DNA of 64,000 nt from Paraspadella gotoi (GCA_051294375.1 CM119270.1:20313695-20377694), one strand, 5' to 3'. Counted from the stretch's first letter, positions 41,860-56,806 are shown. The notes: generated by a model from the letters alone, not told the origin. Made by a program: numbers and translations.

Positions 41860-44240
41860 TCTCTCTTTTCTTACCACATCTCTAAAAAGACGAAATAAAA
41901 AATTCTTCTTAAAACACCGTCGTAAAACGATATTTTTTTACGAAGAAAACGCTTCTTCTTACTTTGCGCACTACATAAATAACGCGCGTTAAAATACTCT
42001 TCTCATTCGATGTTATTTCGGCAAGGCACTACTACACACTCATCCGAGCGGTTGTCTATTTTTAATACATTGTGATGCCCGCCGCCTCCTCCTCGCTCTC
42101 TCGCTTCTCGCAATCTCCCCCACTTCATCGCGAGACTGGTCAGGCCCCTCTGACGCTCCCGCGGGTGCATGGACGAGCTTATTAAATATCTTCTTTTATC
42201 ACAAACAATCTACCGTCACAATTTCTCTCTCTCCTTCGTTTCTATGCCTTGCTCTATGGCGTCTCCCTCTCTCCATCTCTCCTCTCTCTCTTCTCTAGTA
42301 CTTTTGATCTTCTCACGTCTCCTTTCTCTTTCATCTCCTCAACTAGATAACAAGCTCTACGTTAAATTACACACAGCGTGACAAACGCCTGTTCTCGTCG
42401 TTTGTAACACAGCACTCATGTCTAGAAACTCAGACGCGCTTTCTAACTCAGTTACTAACAGGCGCGCAAATCGCTCAGCCCGGATTCTCCTGGTGTTCCA
42501 ATCATACACACAAAGATAAATACAAAGACTCTTCAAGAAAGTGACCACCCTGCTGAAGCTCGACAACGCCACTACGCGCTCTCGTTCGTCCAACCTTGTC
42601 TAGCATCAGTACGTGACTGCGCGCCCCCGGCGTTCATACAAAACGAAGTAGTCACGAGCCCAATAAACAGCCGACTTTTCTAAAGTAAAAAGCTTAAATG
42701 GAAAAAATGTTTCCCATACACTATATCTTCACATCGTCCTGGCAGACGCATCGTCTTCTCATTTTCCAAACGAGTAACACACTACATTACAAAAACAAAG
42801 ATAATACTCTCGTCGCGCGTCTTCTTTCTATCGCCAATCGTCTATCAAGAAAGCATGCAAGAACAATCTTCGCGTGCTCTAAAACATCCGGGAGAAAACG
42901 ATTATTTTGCAACAGCATACAGCGCAAACGAAATAACCAAAGCGTTATCCTATTAATACTTCTAGTCTAGCGACTAAGAGCGTCCACCTCCCTAGTCCAA
43001 CAGGTGTATTAAAATTTGCCCGGGGGGGGGGTGCGCGTTCAATAGCAGGAGGCAGGATTATGTCTTATACAATAATGTGTTCGCTCTTCTGCAAGTCAAA
43101 ACACAACATAGAATGTGCTCCCTCATTCCGGTATCGTTATTTTTTACTGTCTCCTTACCTGCGTCTACTCATCCACAGCTGTCGTGTCTTTAGATTTTGA
43201 TGTTGTAGCGCTTTTTGGCTCCAGGACGCCCTGCGCCGCAAATGCCCCAAACATCTCGCAAAACGAATAAAAACAGTTAGAATACACCAGAAACACTTTT
43301 TCTCTGTTAAAAAGATATGAAAACTCTTAAGAAGAGATAAGCGCAGAGACAAACCCGGCATGTGTTCTCTCTCATGTACAAAAGAAATGAAGCCACTTTA
43401 AAAAAAACAACGATTCTGGCCAAGACAGTTTTTTGCCCAAGACCAGTGAGTAAGAGAGACGGTGTTAAGCGAGAAGTAAAACACACCAGGTAAACGAGCT
43501 TTTGCTGACAACGTTTAAAGAGGAAAAGTGATGAGGAAAGACGATTAGATTGGAAGAGGTACAAAGCAGAACGAGCAGACCGATATTTCCAACAGACGGG
43601 TTAAGTGTTTAGATAAATCAGCATACATCTCTTTCGTCTATTGTAAATGATCAAAGAAGATGAAAACGACATGCACACGGCGGGGTGGTTGATATCATAG
43701 CAAAAATCTGGATAAAAAGAGAATAAAAAAATTTTTCTTAAAACCACCGGAAAACGATGTCTTTTGTTGAATTGATTATGTAGAAAATGTAAGATAAAAA
43801 TCGTTAGATATATAAGCTTGTTTCTGCGAAATAAGCTGTAGTTGCGAAAATATCTGATGAGTTTATGATTTAAAAACTCTGGAGGTAGATGTGAGCGAGA
43901 TATAGTAGTATAGAAGAGAAGTTTATTAAGGGGAATGTATCTTTTATCAATCAAAACAAACTAAAATTTCTCATCTACTTATTGTTGAGATTTAAATGTT
44001 GCTCGCGCTTCTCTCTCTAGGGCTTTTTCGTTTTTAATGTTTCTTTAACGTCGTATGCCTTTCTATCTTTTCTATTGTCATCAATTTATGATATTTAAAT
44101 ATAACGTGTATAATTACACCCAGAAAAAACGAGCTATATAATTTACATCTAGATATAACAAAAATATATGACAACTTTAAAAAATAACATGGCGAAAAAA
44201 ACGATAATTCCTTTTCCAAAATGCTTTTATAAAAAAGCGA
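41860..44240 (+). repeat. Degenerate/noisy copies of the same ~0.5 kb satellite
   Basis: The same motifs recur: cgacttttctaaagtaaaaag (~42672), aatacaccagaaacactttttctctgttaaaaagatatgaaaac (~43281), aaaaagagaataaaaaaatttttcttaaaaccaccggaaaacgatg (~43714), atcttttatcaatcaaaacaaac (~43939). Confidence 0.6.
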
Positions 44241-47200
44241 AATGAAAAAACATAAATAGAAAAAGAAACACCCCGAGCACAGAGCGTGGTTCTTTTAGTC
44301 GGAAATCTGGCTGCTAATTTTATCACGGCAGATATCCCGGGATTGTCGGTATGAATCTCTTATTCTTTTGGTATTAAACTCGTATTTCTTTTTTTTCAAG
44401 TCACGTCCGGGTCACCCAGTCCCCCATCAATATTGGCTCGAGAGAACAACAAAGCGAACTTTTGTTATGAATACATTTTCGAAAATCATCGTAATTATGT
44501 ATTAAAAATTTTATTGCTTATTAATAACAAATGGGAATGTGCTTCGTCCGTCGTCTCTCGTCATACTGTTCTGGTTTCCGCATAGTTTCTCCGATCACGT
44601 GTCCGGTCTTTCAGTCCGTCCGTCACCACTTTTTAGTCAAAAAAACACAAATTAACTCGATGAACGTGAGATGTTTATGAGATTTAAATGAAATTTTGTC
44701 GTGTGGATGTAAGGTGTGTGGATTGAGCTGATATTAAACAGCGTTTCGGATGGGAAGTCGATGAACCAGCGGTGGAAAATGAGTGGACTTTCTTGAAATG
44801 GAATAACAATAGATCAAAAAAAATGTTCCGTGATTTCACCTGTGTCATACTCTTCTTGGAACACACAATGGTAGCTCATGAACCCATTCGGCTAATACTG
44901 GATGGGTCTGATTGACCTGGAATTTTGTATGTGGTAGGTAAGATGTGTGACTTGACAGGGAAATCAAGTTTCGATGATAGTTTGAGTGGAAAATGGAGTG
45001 GGTTAAAAATAGGAACGAAAAAAAAACCAAAAAAAACCTTGTATTTACTACTAATTAGATTATGCTTCGTTGTTTTTATCCTTTTATATTAGAATGTTAT
45101 CTGCCAGAGTTGTATTAATAAAGTCAAATTTAATTAAACTCATGTAATATAATTTCGAATTAGAGTAAAAAAATAATAATTATAATTCAGATAAAACGGA
45201 ATGTCTAATTAATTAGTCAATCAATTATAATCACGTCCACGACAGAGGTTATCCACATTAAGTTGGCTTAGGAGCAATACAAATGCTTCACACAATACTA
45301 CGGGGATTGGATCACTTGGTTGTGGTGGGGATTAGGAATTTAAATTTTGGGGTGTGGGTTAGGAAAAGTTAGTTAAGATTAAAGGCTGGATATAAAATTT
45401 TCTGTATTGGGCGTGATATCGTTGTTAGAGTGGAAATTAGGTTTAAATTGGAAGTGCATAAACATATAGAATCGGTGGAATTTACTGATAATAACTTGGA
45501 TTTATTAACATATATATTTACAAAACTCAACAAGATAACTCCAATTAATACATATAATAATTGAGCGAATATAGACCCACAGTATCCTTTATGTTAGACA
45601 ATCTCTTAGCTGTGCTCGGTACCCATACCCTGTTCCTAGCGTTTAATAAACGTTAATGACGAGCATATGCCTTAGATAATTTAAACTTTCAGTTGCGAAA
45701 ATCGTCCAACAGTGCGATCACATGAGTTCCTCAACATAAGAACACCGTCACTCCATCGTTAGTCCACAATCTCGCCTTGAATCTTTTCTCCATTTATCTT
45801 TAACCCGCCTGATATGACTTGAGGTATGAGAATTTTGTAACAGCCTCGATACGGACAACGATACTTGTTGCAGAAGCTACATACCTCAAGTTTTTCTATG
45901 CGGAATTGCAGCTAGCGTTGCAACAAAATTATTGCAGTTGAAAACAAAATGATGGGCAATGTTAACAAAAATTCTGTACAAGCTAAGATCGTCGTGCACG
46001 ATACTGCATAAATACAGAGAGACAGATTGTCCACCCTTGACTCTCAAAGATGGCCAGCGCGACGCGCGCGTCGCGGTTGCTGAGCGCGACGAAATCGAAT
46101 CTCCGGCCATCTTTGGTGGCGGAGAACTTGAACAGGAACCTCGAGGGAGGGGAGAGCATCGCCGGACGCGGTGACTGAAGAAGAAGAGAGGGGTGGTAAG
46201 GATGAGAAGCGAGTGACAGTGTGACTGGAGGGGAGGAAAAGAGGAAGGAAAAGGGGTTGAAGATGGTGACAATAGAGACGGTGATGATTAATCTCTTCAA
46301 CGTCAATTTTTTTGGCACATAATTATCGAAGGAACAGGTTTGGTAATTTTTATTATCATTCATAAATTCTTTTATGCATTATGCATCCACTATCACGGAG
46401 CAGTATCCACATAAGTCAATTTCATCGGACTAGGCCATAGCACCACCATCACGCAGCATCATTAACAGTCGGGATATTCAGTCACTATGTCAACAGCATC
46501 AGTGGAATCAGCAGTACAAGCAGCATCCACACATCAGCACAGCAGCGATCACCAGTCAGGAAGACGGAGATCAGCAGCATCAGTCGAGCGCGATCGGATG
46601 TCGTTAGATCAGCAGCAGGCAACGATCAGCAGCAGCGTGGGCAAAGTCGAGCATCAGAGCGCGAGGTAGTCGGGCATCAGCACAGTCAGCACGCCGCAGA
46701 ATGCTACCGCACGAAGTCAGTCACACCAGCATCACAGCATCACAGCAACCACCAGCGAGTCAAAGATGAGCATTAGCGGCCAATATCCCAAGGACGAATG
46801 AACTGCGTGGCAAATGCTCTGAACGTGTATGTAGGCATGCCCAAAGACAAGAAAAAAAAAAGGGTGAGACGGAGAAAGAAAGAAACGAACTGGAGCACCG
46901 GAAGAAAGAGAGACGAACAATGGGAAACCCAGAGGAAAAAAGAAAATAAAAAAGAAAGAAGGGGAAGAAGAATGCATGGGAAAAAACCGAGAAGAAGGCA
47001 AGAAAAATGAAGGCAGGAAAAAAACAAAAAAAAAAGAGAGAAGGAAAGATAAGGAGAAGGAAAGCGAGGGAAAGAAGAGAAGTAAGGGAAGTATGGAACG
47101 TGCGAGAAGGGAGGAAGACTAGAAGAGAAGAGGGAGGAGGGAGGCGGGAAAGAGGACAGAGTGTGAGAGCTGAGAGAGAGCGACCAGAGAGAGAGTGAGA

Positions 47201-48842
47201 AGAGTGAGAGAGAAGAGAAGAAAGAACGAGACATAAAATTAAAAAAATTCTTACAAAAGACTCAAGATCCGATCCAGAGCCCACTATATAGAAAATTAAT
47301 GAAAAAAAACCGGGAAAAACGAAGTATGAATCATGTGCACGATAACGCGACATTGTGATGGTACTACCGTAATGTTGATTGAAGGTAAATTACGTTCAAA
47401 TTTGAGTTGACGCGTAATAGTAATTTGATTGACTCGTGTAGATAGGACATTGATTAGTGATTGATGATAATCAAATCACTTTGATGCGATGATAGTCCAT
47501 TCACTGCCTGTGATGATATCATCTCAGATGATTGCATGATTGTCATTCACTTGATGCGATGATTTGTATTCATTGATGCGATGATACGTCACATTAAAAC
47601 AAACAAATCAATGGCGTGTATGAGTGAAAGACGAGAGAGAAAGACGAGAGATCACGAAGATAAGGAACCAGAGAAAGATAAGAGTAGAAGAGAAAGAAGA
47701 GAAGAGAAAAGACAGAGGAGATAAGATGAGAGAGAGAAAAAGAAAGGAGAGAGACGTAGAGAAAAGAGGAGAGAGAGAGGATGAGAGAGAGAAAGATACA
47801 GAGAATTAAATCCACGAAAATCTCAGATGAAAATATGCCATTTTGCTATTGAAAAAGCGCGGAGATAAATCGGCAATAATAAAAAGTTTTAGAAAGGAAA
47901 AAATATCAGGACAATTTTTTCAAAAAAACAAACGATCACGCAAAAGATCGGACAGATAGGGACAAGCACACAGAAGACAGAGAGACAAGAGAGAGAGAGG
48001 GGAAAAAAGTAGAGAGAGAAAGAGAGAAAGCACGCTTGCAGAGGAAAAAGAGACAACGAAGAAAGAAAGCCCGATATATAATAATTAAAGAGGAGAGAGA
48101 GAGAGAACTCTAACAGACCCCATTACTCGTTAAAGACATCAGCAAGTACAATAGATTTATGCGCGCCGCACTTAAGCGTGAGCTATATATTTGCTTTAAA
48201 AAAAAAGACAAGGAGAGAGGAAAGAGCGAGGAAGAGAGAGAGAAAGAAGACTGAGAGCAGGACGCGAGCAGAGCGCGGAACTCGTTTTTAGAAGAAGCAG
48301 TGACCGGAGAAAAGAGAGAGAAAAAAGAGAGAGGACCGACATTAATGAACACGTTTTTGTTTTATGTAAATAAAACCATAAACAATACCAATATCATATG
48401 AAACATGAGAAATTTTAAGATCTTGATATTAGGAAGCCATATATATGAAAGATTCCAATCCCAATGTATATCACACTTTTCAGAAGCCATGATTCAAAAA
48501 AGAAACGAGCCGAAAAGCTAAACACGAGAAAAAAAACAATCTCGAGACAGGGACGCTTGCCCGCCTGGGCTCGGATTAATAGAGAGAGTATATTTGTTTA
48601 TGAGATTGAAAATTAAAATGCTAAACAACCACATTTAAAGTAAACATAAGTCCTGACAACATGCAATTTTACAGAAACATCGATGCCCTGATCAAGATGT
48701 CCTAGCAATATGGTAAAATTAAATTCTAATCAATTAGATTATATAGGTGAAATATATCGTAGGCGTCAATCCGACAGTAATGTCATTGAGCCACTTCAAA
48801 CTACTGCCCTAAACATAGTTCCTAATTGTCCAACACAACAGA

Positions 48843-51800
48843 GGGGTTAAAAAAACACCGATAAAACGACCTTTTCTAAAGTAAAAAGTAATAAAAACGT
48901 TAAATACACCGGCCAGACGACGATTTCCGAAAGAGATTAACAACTTTTCAAAAAACAAAATGAAAGAAATAAAACGCTTTTTCCAATGTAAAAAGAGATT
49001 AAAAAATTTCTAAAACACTCGGGAAAAACGATATTTTCAAGAAAAAAGAAATAAAAACGTTAAATACTTCTGCAAAAATACTTCTCTCTCCTGCTGCTTT
49101 TCTCTTAATTTTATGTAGCCTCTCTCACTTCTCTGTCAAATAAGATAAAGATCTAACCAAAAACCGTTAAATACAGCCAATGCTTAAAACGGAGCCCTTT
49201 TGCTTCCATGTAAAAATGATATGAAAACTTTAAAAAACTAACAGAAAACGATTTTTTCCAATGTAAAAGAAATAAAAACTTTTAAAAAAACAACGGCAAA
49301 CGTTGTTTTCCAAGTAAAAAGAGTAAAAGAAACACCGATAACGACTTAGTTGTCTAAAGTAAAAAGTAAATAAAAACGTTAAAAATAACAACCGCAGACG
49401 ACATTTCCAAAAAAGCATAACAAAACCCATTGTTAAAAAACAAAGAAAAAACGCTGTTATATTCCCAATGTAAAAAGAGATAAAAAATTTCTTAAAACCC
49501 AACAGGCAGAAACGATATTTTCAAAGAAAAAAAGGCAAAATAAACCACGTTAAATACTTCTGCAGAATAACATCATCGAGCTCTGTAATCCCAAAACTTG
49601 AGTGTGAGACAGTATTAAACTATCTTTTTATCAAAACAAACAAATTTCTTTTTTATTTTTTACTGTCTCCTTCTCGCTGCTCTCTTTCTCTTGCCATCTT
49701 TGATGAGCTTTCTCTCACTCTTGCAAAAGGTAAATCGGATGTAAATACACACAGAAAAACAACATTTTTTATACTCACTTGGGGTAAAAAGAGTGCGAAT
49801 AAAGACACACCTTAAAAAAAATTATGAGGCAAAACGTATTCTTATCCCCAATAGTAAAAAGAGTCTGAAAACATCACCGAAATAAGACGACATATATTCT
49901 AAATGTAAAAAAAGTGTGATAAAACCAAGAAAATAAAAATTATCAGCGGCAGACGAATATCTCCAAAACTGCGTATCCACTAACCAACCTATTAAAAAAA
50001 AGAAGAACAAACGCCTTTTGTGTCCTACCCATATGGTTAAAAGAGGATAGAAAAAATGTTCATAATAACCAGAGAACGCATTATTTTTCAACCACGAAAA
50101 AGACGATAAAAAACTGTATAAATACTTCTGACAAATAACAATCCTCAGAGAGTTGTTAAAGTTGCCGGTGAGGAACAAGTATGAAATATCTTTTATTCAA
50201 AACAAACAAAATTTCCTCTATCTTATTTATTTTTGTATGTCTCCTTCCCTCTCTTTCTCTTTAATTTATATGAAGGCCATTTCTCTCACTCTTCAATAGA
50301 TTAAAAACACGAGTTACAATACACAGGCAAAAACGACTTTCTGTCTCTTGTAAAAAGATATGAAAAAGCTTAAAAAAAAAACAGAAAACCGGATTTTTTT
50401 CCAATGTAAAAGACAATAAAAACTTTAAAAAAAAAGGCAAACTATTTTTCCAATGTAAAAAGAGTTAAAAAACACCGAATAAACGACTTTCTAAATAGTA
50501 AAGAAAGTAAATAAAAAACGGCTTAGATAACACCGGCAACGACATTCCAATTGAGATTACAACTTTAAAAACAAAGAAAAACGCTTTTTCCAATGTAAAA
50601 ACGAGATAAAAATTTCTAAAACAACTCGGTGAAAACGATATTTTCAAGAAAAGGAAAAAAACTAAAAACCCCACCTATAATACTCTGCCAAATAACATCA
50701 TCGAGGTTGTATAAAATTGGTGAGGACCGTATTTTAAATAGTTCTTTTATTATAACAAAACAAACAATTTCCATTTCTTTATATATATTATGTCATCCTT
50801 CTCTCTCTCTATTTCTCTTTACTTATATCAGTAGAGCTTATCTCTCACTCTCAATAGATAAATCACAGATGTTTAAATACACCAAGAAAACGACTTTTTT
50901 CTCTATTGTTTAAAAAGCATATCCGAAAACTTAAAAAATAACAGAAAAAACGATATATTTTCACAATGTAAAAAGAAAACAATAAAACTTATTTTCTAAA
51001 AAAAACCCGCGCCAAACGGTTTTATAACCAAAAGTGTTTTAAAAAAGAAGTTAAAAAACACCGATAAACTGACTTTTCTAAGAAAGAGTAAAAACAGATG
51101 ATATAAAAAACGTGTACTAAACATACACCGAGCAGTACGAGACATTTCCAAAAGAGGATAACAACTTATAGAAACAAAGAAAAAACGCTTCCAATGTAAA
51201 CAAACAAGAGATAAAAAATTGTCCTAACGAACACCGGAAAACAATATTAATTTAGAAGAAAATCAGAAATAAAAAAACGTATAAAATACTTCTAGCAAAT
51301 AACATACATCGAGGTCTGTATAAAATTTGAAAGAGTGAGCGGACAGTTCCCATTAACATATGATTACCGCTTTTTATACCAACGAACAAACATTCTCCTC
51401 TACAGTCATTTCATCCTATGTCATCCTTCTCTCTCTCTTTGCTCTTAATTTATGTAGCGTTTCTCTCTACTCTCATAGATAAAAACAGACTCATAAAAAT
51501 ACACCAGAAAAAACGACATTATATTCATCATGCCTCTGGATAAAAAAAGTAAAAGAATGAATAAGAAAACATTCCATACAAACTAACAGAGAAAACGATT
51601 ATGGATAATATTAGAGAGTAATAAAAATAAGAAAGTTAAAAAAAACTCCTTAATAAAGATACACAAAAACACGTTGTACGAACCGTGTGTTTTTGCCACA
51701 TGGCTATAAAAAAATTATAGTCCAAAAAAACAGAATACACCAAGCCACATATAAAACGAACATCTAATATATCCTAAAGAACGATCACCAATGAACATGG

Positions 51801-52560
51801 TCGGATTCACATAACCCAGTAAATTCACTACCACCGGCCCACGCACCTCATTTATCCATTAACACAACCGTGGTGCGCAAAGACAAAAGAACCGCCCGCA
51901 AGATAACAGCAACTTTAAAAACACACAAAGGAAAAACGGCTTTTACTCCTTCGGCAAACAAACTCCGTAAATAAAAAAGACGATAAACAAATTCCTCGAT
52001 CCAAAACACCCACGAGCAAAGCATACGAATATTTCAAAGAAAAGAAAGAGAATAAAAACGTTTAAAAAATACTTTCATTAGCAAATAACATCATCCGAGG
52101 GTTAAAAACAAAAATAGATGTAAAGGCCATTTGGGTGAGTACAGCCCATGGGACCCCAAGTCAATGCAGGACCAGTTATTTAAATATCATTTTATACAAA
52201 ACAAAATCAACAGATAGTTAACTAAGGCTGCATAACTTCTATTTTAATGTACATACACTATCTCTTCTCACTACTCAATTCTCTTTGATGACTCTTTATG
52301 TAGCGCTTTTCTCTCACTCGTTCTCCAACAGATAAAAACGTAAAGCTAACCAGAAACGACTTGCTCCCTTGTTAAAGAAGATTATGAAAACCTTTCTAAA
52401 AATACAGGAAAACAATTTTTTTCCAACTGCTAGAAAAGAAAATAAAAAACTTAAAAAAAAAAAAACGCGGCCAAAACGTTGCTCCTCTATACAATCCACA
52501 ATATGTTAAAACAGACAACCATTGCGCTTTTAAAAAACACCGAAAAAAAACATATCAGGA
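48843..52560 (+). repeat. AT-rich satellite, ~0.5-0.6 kb unit, about 6-7 copies
   Basis: The recurring unit start gagttaaaaaacaccgataaacgacttttctaaagtaaaaag appears near 48843, 49321, 49861, 50462 and 51048, with noisier copies after that. Each unit has shared internal blocks (ttttccaatgtaaaaagagat, aaatacttctgcaaataacatcatcgag, tttctctcactc). Confidence 0.85.
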
Positions 52561-52889
52561 NNNNNNNNNNNNNNNNNNNNNNNNNGCCTTCGCGGCCAAG
52601 ACGGGTTTCCGGAGGAGAAAAGATCAAAACATATAAACTCGCTCACTCGATTTTTTGCCAAATGCTTTTTCCTCCGCAAAACTTACCTCAACTTACCTTT
52701 TCCCGATTTTTCATCGATCGACGAGAAGCGAAGGAAATTCACACGATTTGTTGTTGTTGTTGTCGTCGTCGTCGTTTTTCCTAGAAATTAAGAGAACATT
52801 GTTTATGGGGAGTTAATCTGTTGACTTTACAATTAGCGGATTATTTGCCTAAAACTTCTTTCCCTCTGAGGCCAGTGGGTTTTCTTTAC

Positions 52890-52935
<46 letters not shown>

Positions 52936-54468
52936 ATAGCCAAGGTTCCCTAAGATTATAACAACCTTGCTTACGTTAACAGCGATAATCCTCAGTTCAT
53001 GAACTCTGACCTTTTCCGACCCCGAAGTTTTTAGTCCACCGAAAATTGTGATGAGAAAATTCGAGACTTAATTGAAAATGTGACGACCGAAGCGAAAACT
53101 CACATCATCACAAAATGTGAAATTTGGTTCGTTAGCGGTCGGGCTGACTAGCTCTGTGAAGGCGGAAACGCTCTCGTTCTTCTCTCTTCCTCTTCTTCTC
53201 TCTCTCTCTCTCTCATTTCTCTGTTCGTTTTCTCGTTCCTATGGCGAGGGGCGAACGAACCGCACTGGTCAGTGCTAGATTGTTGCGAAATGGAAGGTGT
53301 TGTCCATTTTCGGGTCATCAGTCGCAGAGACACTCAGTTATCAGGCTTTATCTGGCGTAACCTATGATCAACTCCAATCTAAGGGTGAGTTAATGACTCC
53401 GACGGTCGCGAAGTAAGTTCTCTTTTCAACTCCAGCTGCCGATTTCTTTTATTAATTCTTCCCGGCAGCAGCCTCAGGGGACGCCGCAGGGAAGTTTGAC
53501 GCCGTCGGTTTCATCCCCGTCGGCGTTAACAGCTTTTGCGAACGAACGAACGNNNNNNNNNNNNNNNNNNNNNNNNNNNNNNNNNNNNNNNNNNNNNNNN
53601 NNNNNNNNNNNNNNNNNNNNNNNNNNNNNNNNNNNNNNNNNNNNNNNNNNNNNNNNNNNNNNNNNNNNNNNNNNNNNNNNNNNNNNNNNNNNNNNNNNNN
53701 NNNNNNNNNNNNNNNNNNNNNNNNNNNNNNNNNNNNNNNNNNNNNNNNNNNNNNNNNNNNNNNNNNNNNNNNNNNNNNNNNNNNNNNNNNNNNNNNNNNN
53801 NNNNNNNNNNNNNNNNNNNNNNNNNNNNNNNNNNNNNNNNNNNNNNNNNNNNNNNNNNNNNNNNNNNNNNNNNNNNNNNNNNNNNNNNNNNNNNNNNNNN
53901 NNNNNNNNNNNNNNNNNNNNNNNNNNNNNNNNNNNNNNNNNNNNNNNNNNNNNNNNNNNNNNNNNNNNNNNNNNNNNNNNNNNNNNNNNNNNNNNNNNNN
54001 NNNNNNNNNNNNNNNNNNNNNNNNNNNNNNNNNNNNNNNNNNNNNNNNNNNNNNNNNNNNNNNNNNNNNNNNNNNNNNNNNNNNNNNNNNNNNNNNNNNN
54101 NNNNNNNNNNNNNNNNNNNNNNNNNNNNNNNNNNNNNNNNNNNNNNNNNNNNNNNNNNNNNNNNNNNNNNNNNNNNNNNNNNNNNNNNNNNNNNNNNNNN
54201 NNNNNNNNNNNNNNNNNNNNNNNNNNNNNNNNNNNNNNNNNNNNNNNNNNNNNNNNNNNNNNNNNNNNNNNNNNNNNNNNNNNNNNNNNNNNNNNNNNNN
54301 NNNNNNNNNNNNNNNNNNNNNNNNNNNNNNNNNNNNNNNNNNNNNNNNNNNNNNNNNNNNNNNNNNNNNNNNNNNNNNNNNNNNNNNNNNNNNNNNNNNN
54401 NNNNNNNNNNNNNNNNNNNNNNNNNNNNNNNNNNNNNNNNNNNNNNNNNNNNNNNNNNNNNNNNNNNN

Positions 54469-54503
<35 letters not shown>

Positions 54504-56267
54504 CAATCGTCTTATCACTACGAAACGTAAACCCTGCTCTCACATTACCTAATGACCCTGAAAACCCTTTCTCTTCTTTTCCTTAGAATTTAATAATTGT
54601 CATCGTATTACTTTTCCCAAAAATCAAACCCCGCGAGCAGCGTGAGCCATTCACGTAAGCTAATGATCGTGAAAACCCTCACCGCTCGACCTAGATGTGA
54701 TACCAATTTTCTTTCCGTTTGAAGAGGACAACTAATTTTCCTGAAAAAGAGACTTTGCCCGTCAATTATCTTCCCCCATTCTGTTGCCCATCCTCTGAGA
54801 AGGAAGCGTCAAAGAGACCCGAGAGCCGCATCGACACCCCGAGTGACGAGACCGACTGAAGGGAGCAGACCGACGACGAGAGCACCGAGAGAGACCCATC
54901 CCAGAGCAGAGACCGAGAGAGAAGAGTACATAGGGTAAGTTAAACTCGCCCGTTCGAATTCTTTTCCCCGTCTATTCTGACCGACACTTCTGCCCACTCG
55001 GTCGTGAGACATTTCACGCTTTGTGGAGACTCAGTACCGCAGTAGATGAACAATTCGTGCGCAACATTCAACCTGCCCGACAGCGGATCAGACCGACAAT
55101 GCGTCAGACCGACAGAAATTCTTTGCTCCAGCTGCGTTGGTATCTTAACCGTTTCATTGACTTTCGATCTCAGGGGGGAGAGAGAGAGAAAGGAGCAGGG
55201 GAGGGCGGAACGTGATGGGGTTTGGGGTGAGTTTATGGTGATGTTGATGTTTGAGGGGGGTTAGGAGTTGGGGGTTGTTGAGGAGAGGGGTTAAGGAGGG
55301 TGGAGGGGGGAGAGAGTTGTGGAAGGGGTTAATCGGAGATGAGTGAAGGAAAAGTGGAAGATCAAATGACAGAAAATTAGTGTGGAGAAGGTGAAATTTA
55401 AAATAAAAGAAAAAAAAGAAAAGAAAAGAGAAAAGAAAAGAAATGAGAAAAGAAAAGCAACAAAAAAAAAAGAAATAAAAGAAGAAAAGATAAGAAAAGT
55501 GAAAAGAAAAGAAAAGAAAGCCAAGTCTAGACCTCTCCATCAAAAGCCGAAACAAAGAGACGCAAATGACTCATTAGGATTCGATTCAAATCGAAGCTGG
55601 AAAATCGAAATGACCATCGAGGGAGCGAGACACTTCATTNNNNNNNNNNNNNNNNNNNNNNNNNNNNNNNNNNNNNNNNNNNNNNNNNNNNNNNNNNNNN
55701 NNNNNNNNNNNNNNNNNNNNNNNNNNNNNNNNNNNNNNNNNNNNNNNNNNNNNNNNNNNNNNNNNNNNNNNNNNNNNNNNNNNNNNNNNNNNNNNNNNNN
55801 NNNNNNNNNNNNNNNNNNNNNNNNNNNNNNNNNNNNNNNNNNNNNNNNNNNNNNNNNNNNNNNNNNNNNNNNNNNNNNNNNNNNNNNNNNNNNNNNNNNN
55901 NNNNNNNNNNNNNNNNNNNNNNNNNNNNNNNNNNNNNNNNNNNNNNNNNNNNNNNNNNNNNNNNNNNNNNNNNNNNNNNNNNNNNNNNNNNNNNNNNNNN
56001 NNNNNNNNNNNNNNNNNNNNNNNNNNNNNNNNNNNNNNNNNNNNNNNNNNNNNNNNNNNNNNNNNNNNNNNNNNNNNNNNNNNAATCAAACTGAAGAGTT
56101 AAGAGTTTAAAAGGAGAATGAGAGGTGAGAGATAGACGAGAAAAGGGCCAATGGTAAACAGAGATAGAGAGAGAAAGCGACAGCGGAGGAGAGTGGAGAC
56201 ACTATCGAAGTGATATTTCACTTTGAGATAGGAGAGAGGAGAGATGAGAGGAGAGAAGGAGAGAGAT

Positions 56268-56302
<35 letters not shown>

Positions 56303-56341
56303 AGAGGGAGAGAGAGAGAGAGAGGGAGAGATGAGAGAGTC

Positions 56342-56391
<50 letters not shown>

Positions 56392-56806
56392 CTAATTAAG
56401 TTTTTAAGAGACATCTGTCCCAACTTTTTTTTACTTTTTTTGTTCTCTCTTTTTCCTCTACCACTCCCTGTATTTTACATTATTCCAACGTTACACTAAT
56501 TCATTCACAATTCACAATATTTTTTTTATGAATGAAAAAAAGTGAATGAAATGAATAAATTTTGCAGATGGAGTGTTTGGCGCCGAGTCCCTGCCGCTGG
56601 GAAAAAATCAAGTCTTACTATTAAACTCAGTCGAAAAAAGTATCGGTTGTTTTAATTGAAATTTCAAGGGCTTCACATTGGCAACCGACGAAGACAAAGA
56701 TGCGGTGCCTAATACAATTGATTTATGTTATAAACATTTTATTTTTATTTAATATATAATTATATCAATGTGATCATGAATGAACTAACTAACAATCGAG
56801 TTATTT

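Noticed and set aside
46440-46780. Q/S/A-rich ORF (46487-46669)
   Set aside because: A noisy (CAG/CAT) microsatellite, not coding.
53452-56110. ORFs of 242-363 aa, including poly-M/S/H
   Set aside because: N-gap read-through plus (CAT)n or A-rich simple repeats.
56568-56640. Possible upstream Serrate exon after ttttgcAG (GVFGAESLPLGKNQ..)
   Set aside because: It lacks the conserved cysteines and FELQ/CLKEYQ motifs of the C2 domain and has no convincing donor.
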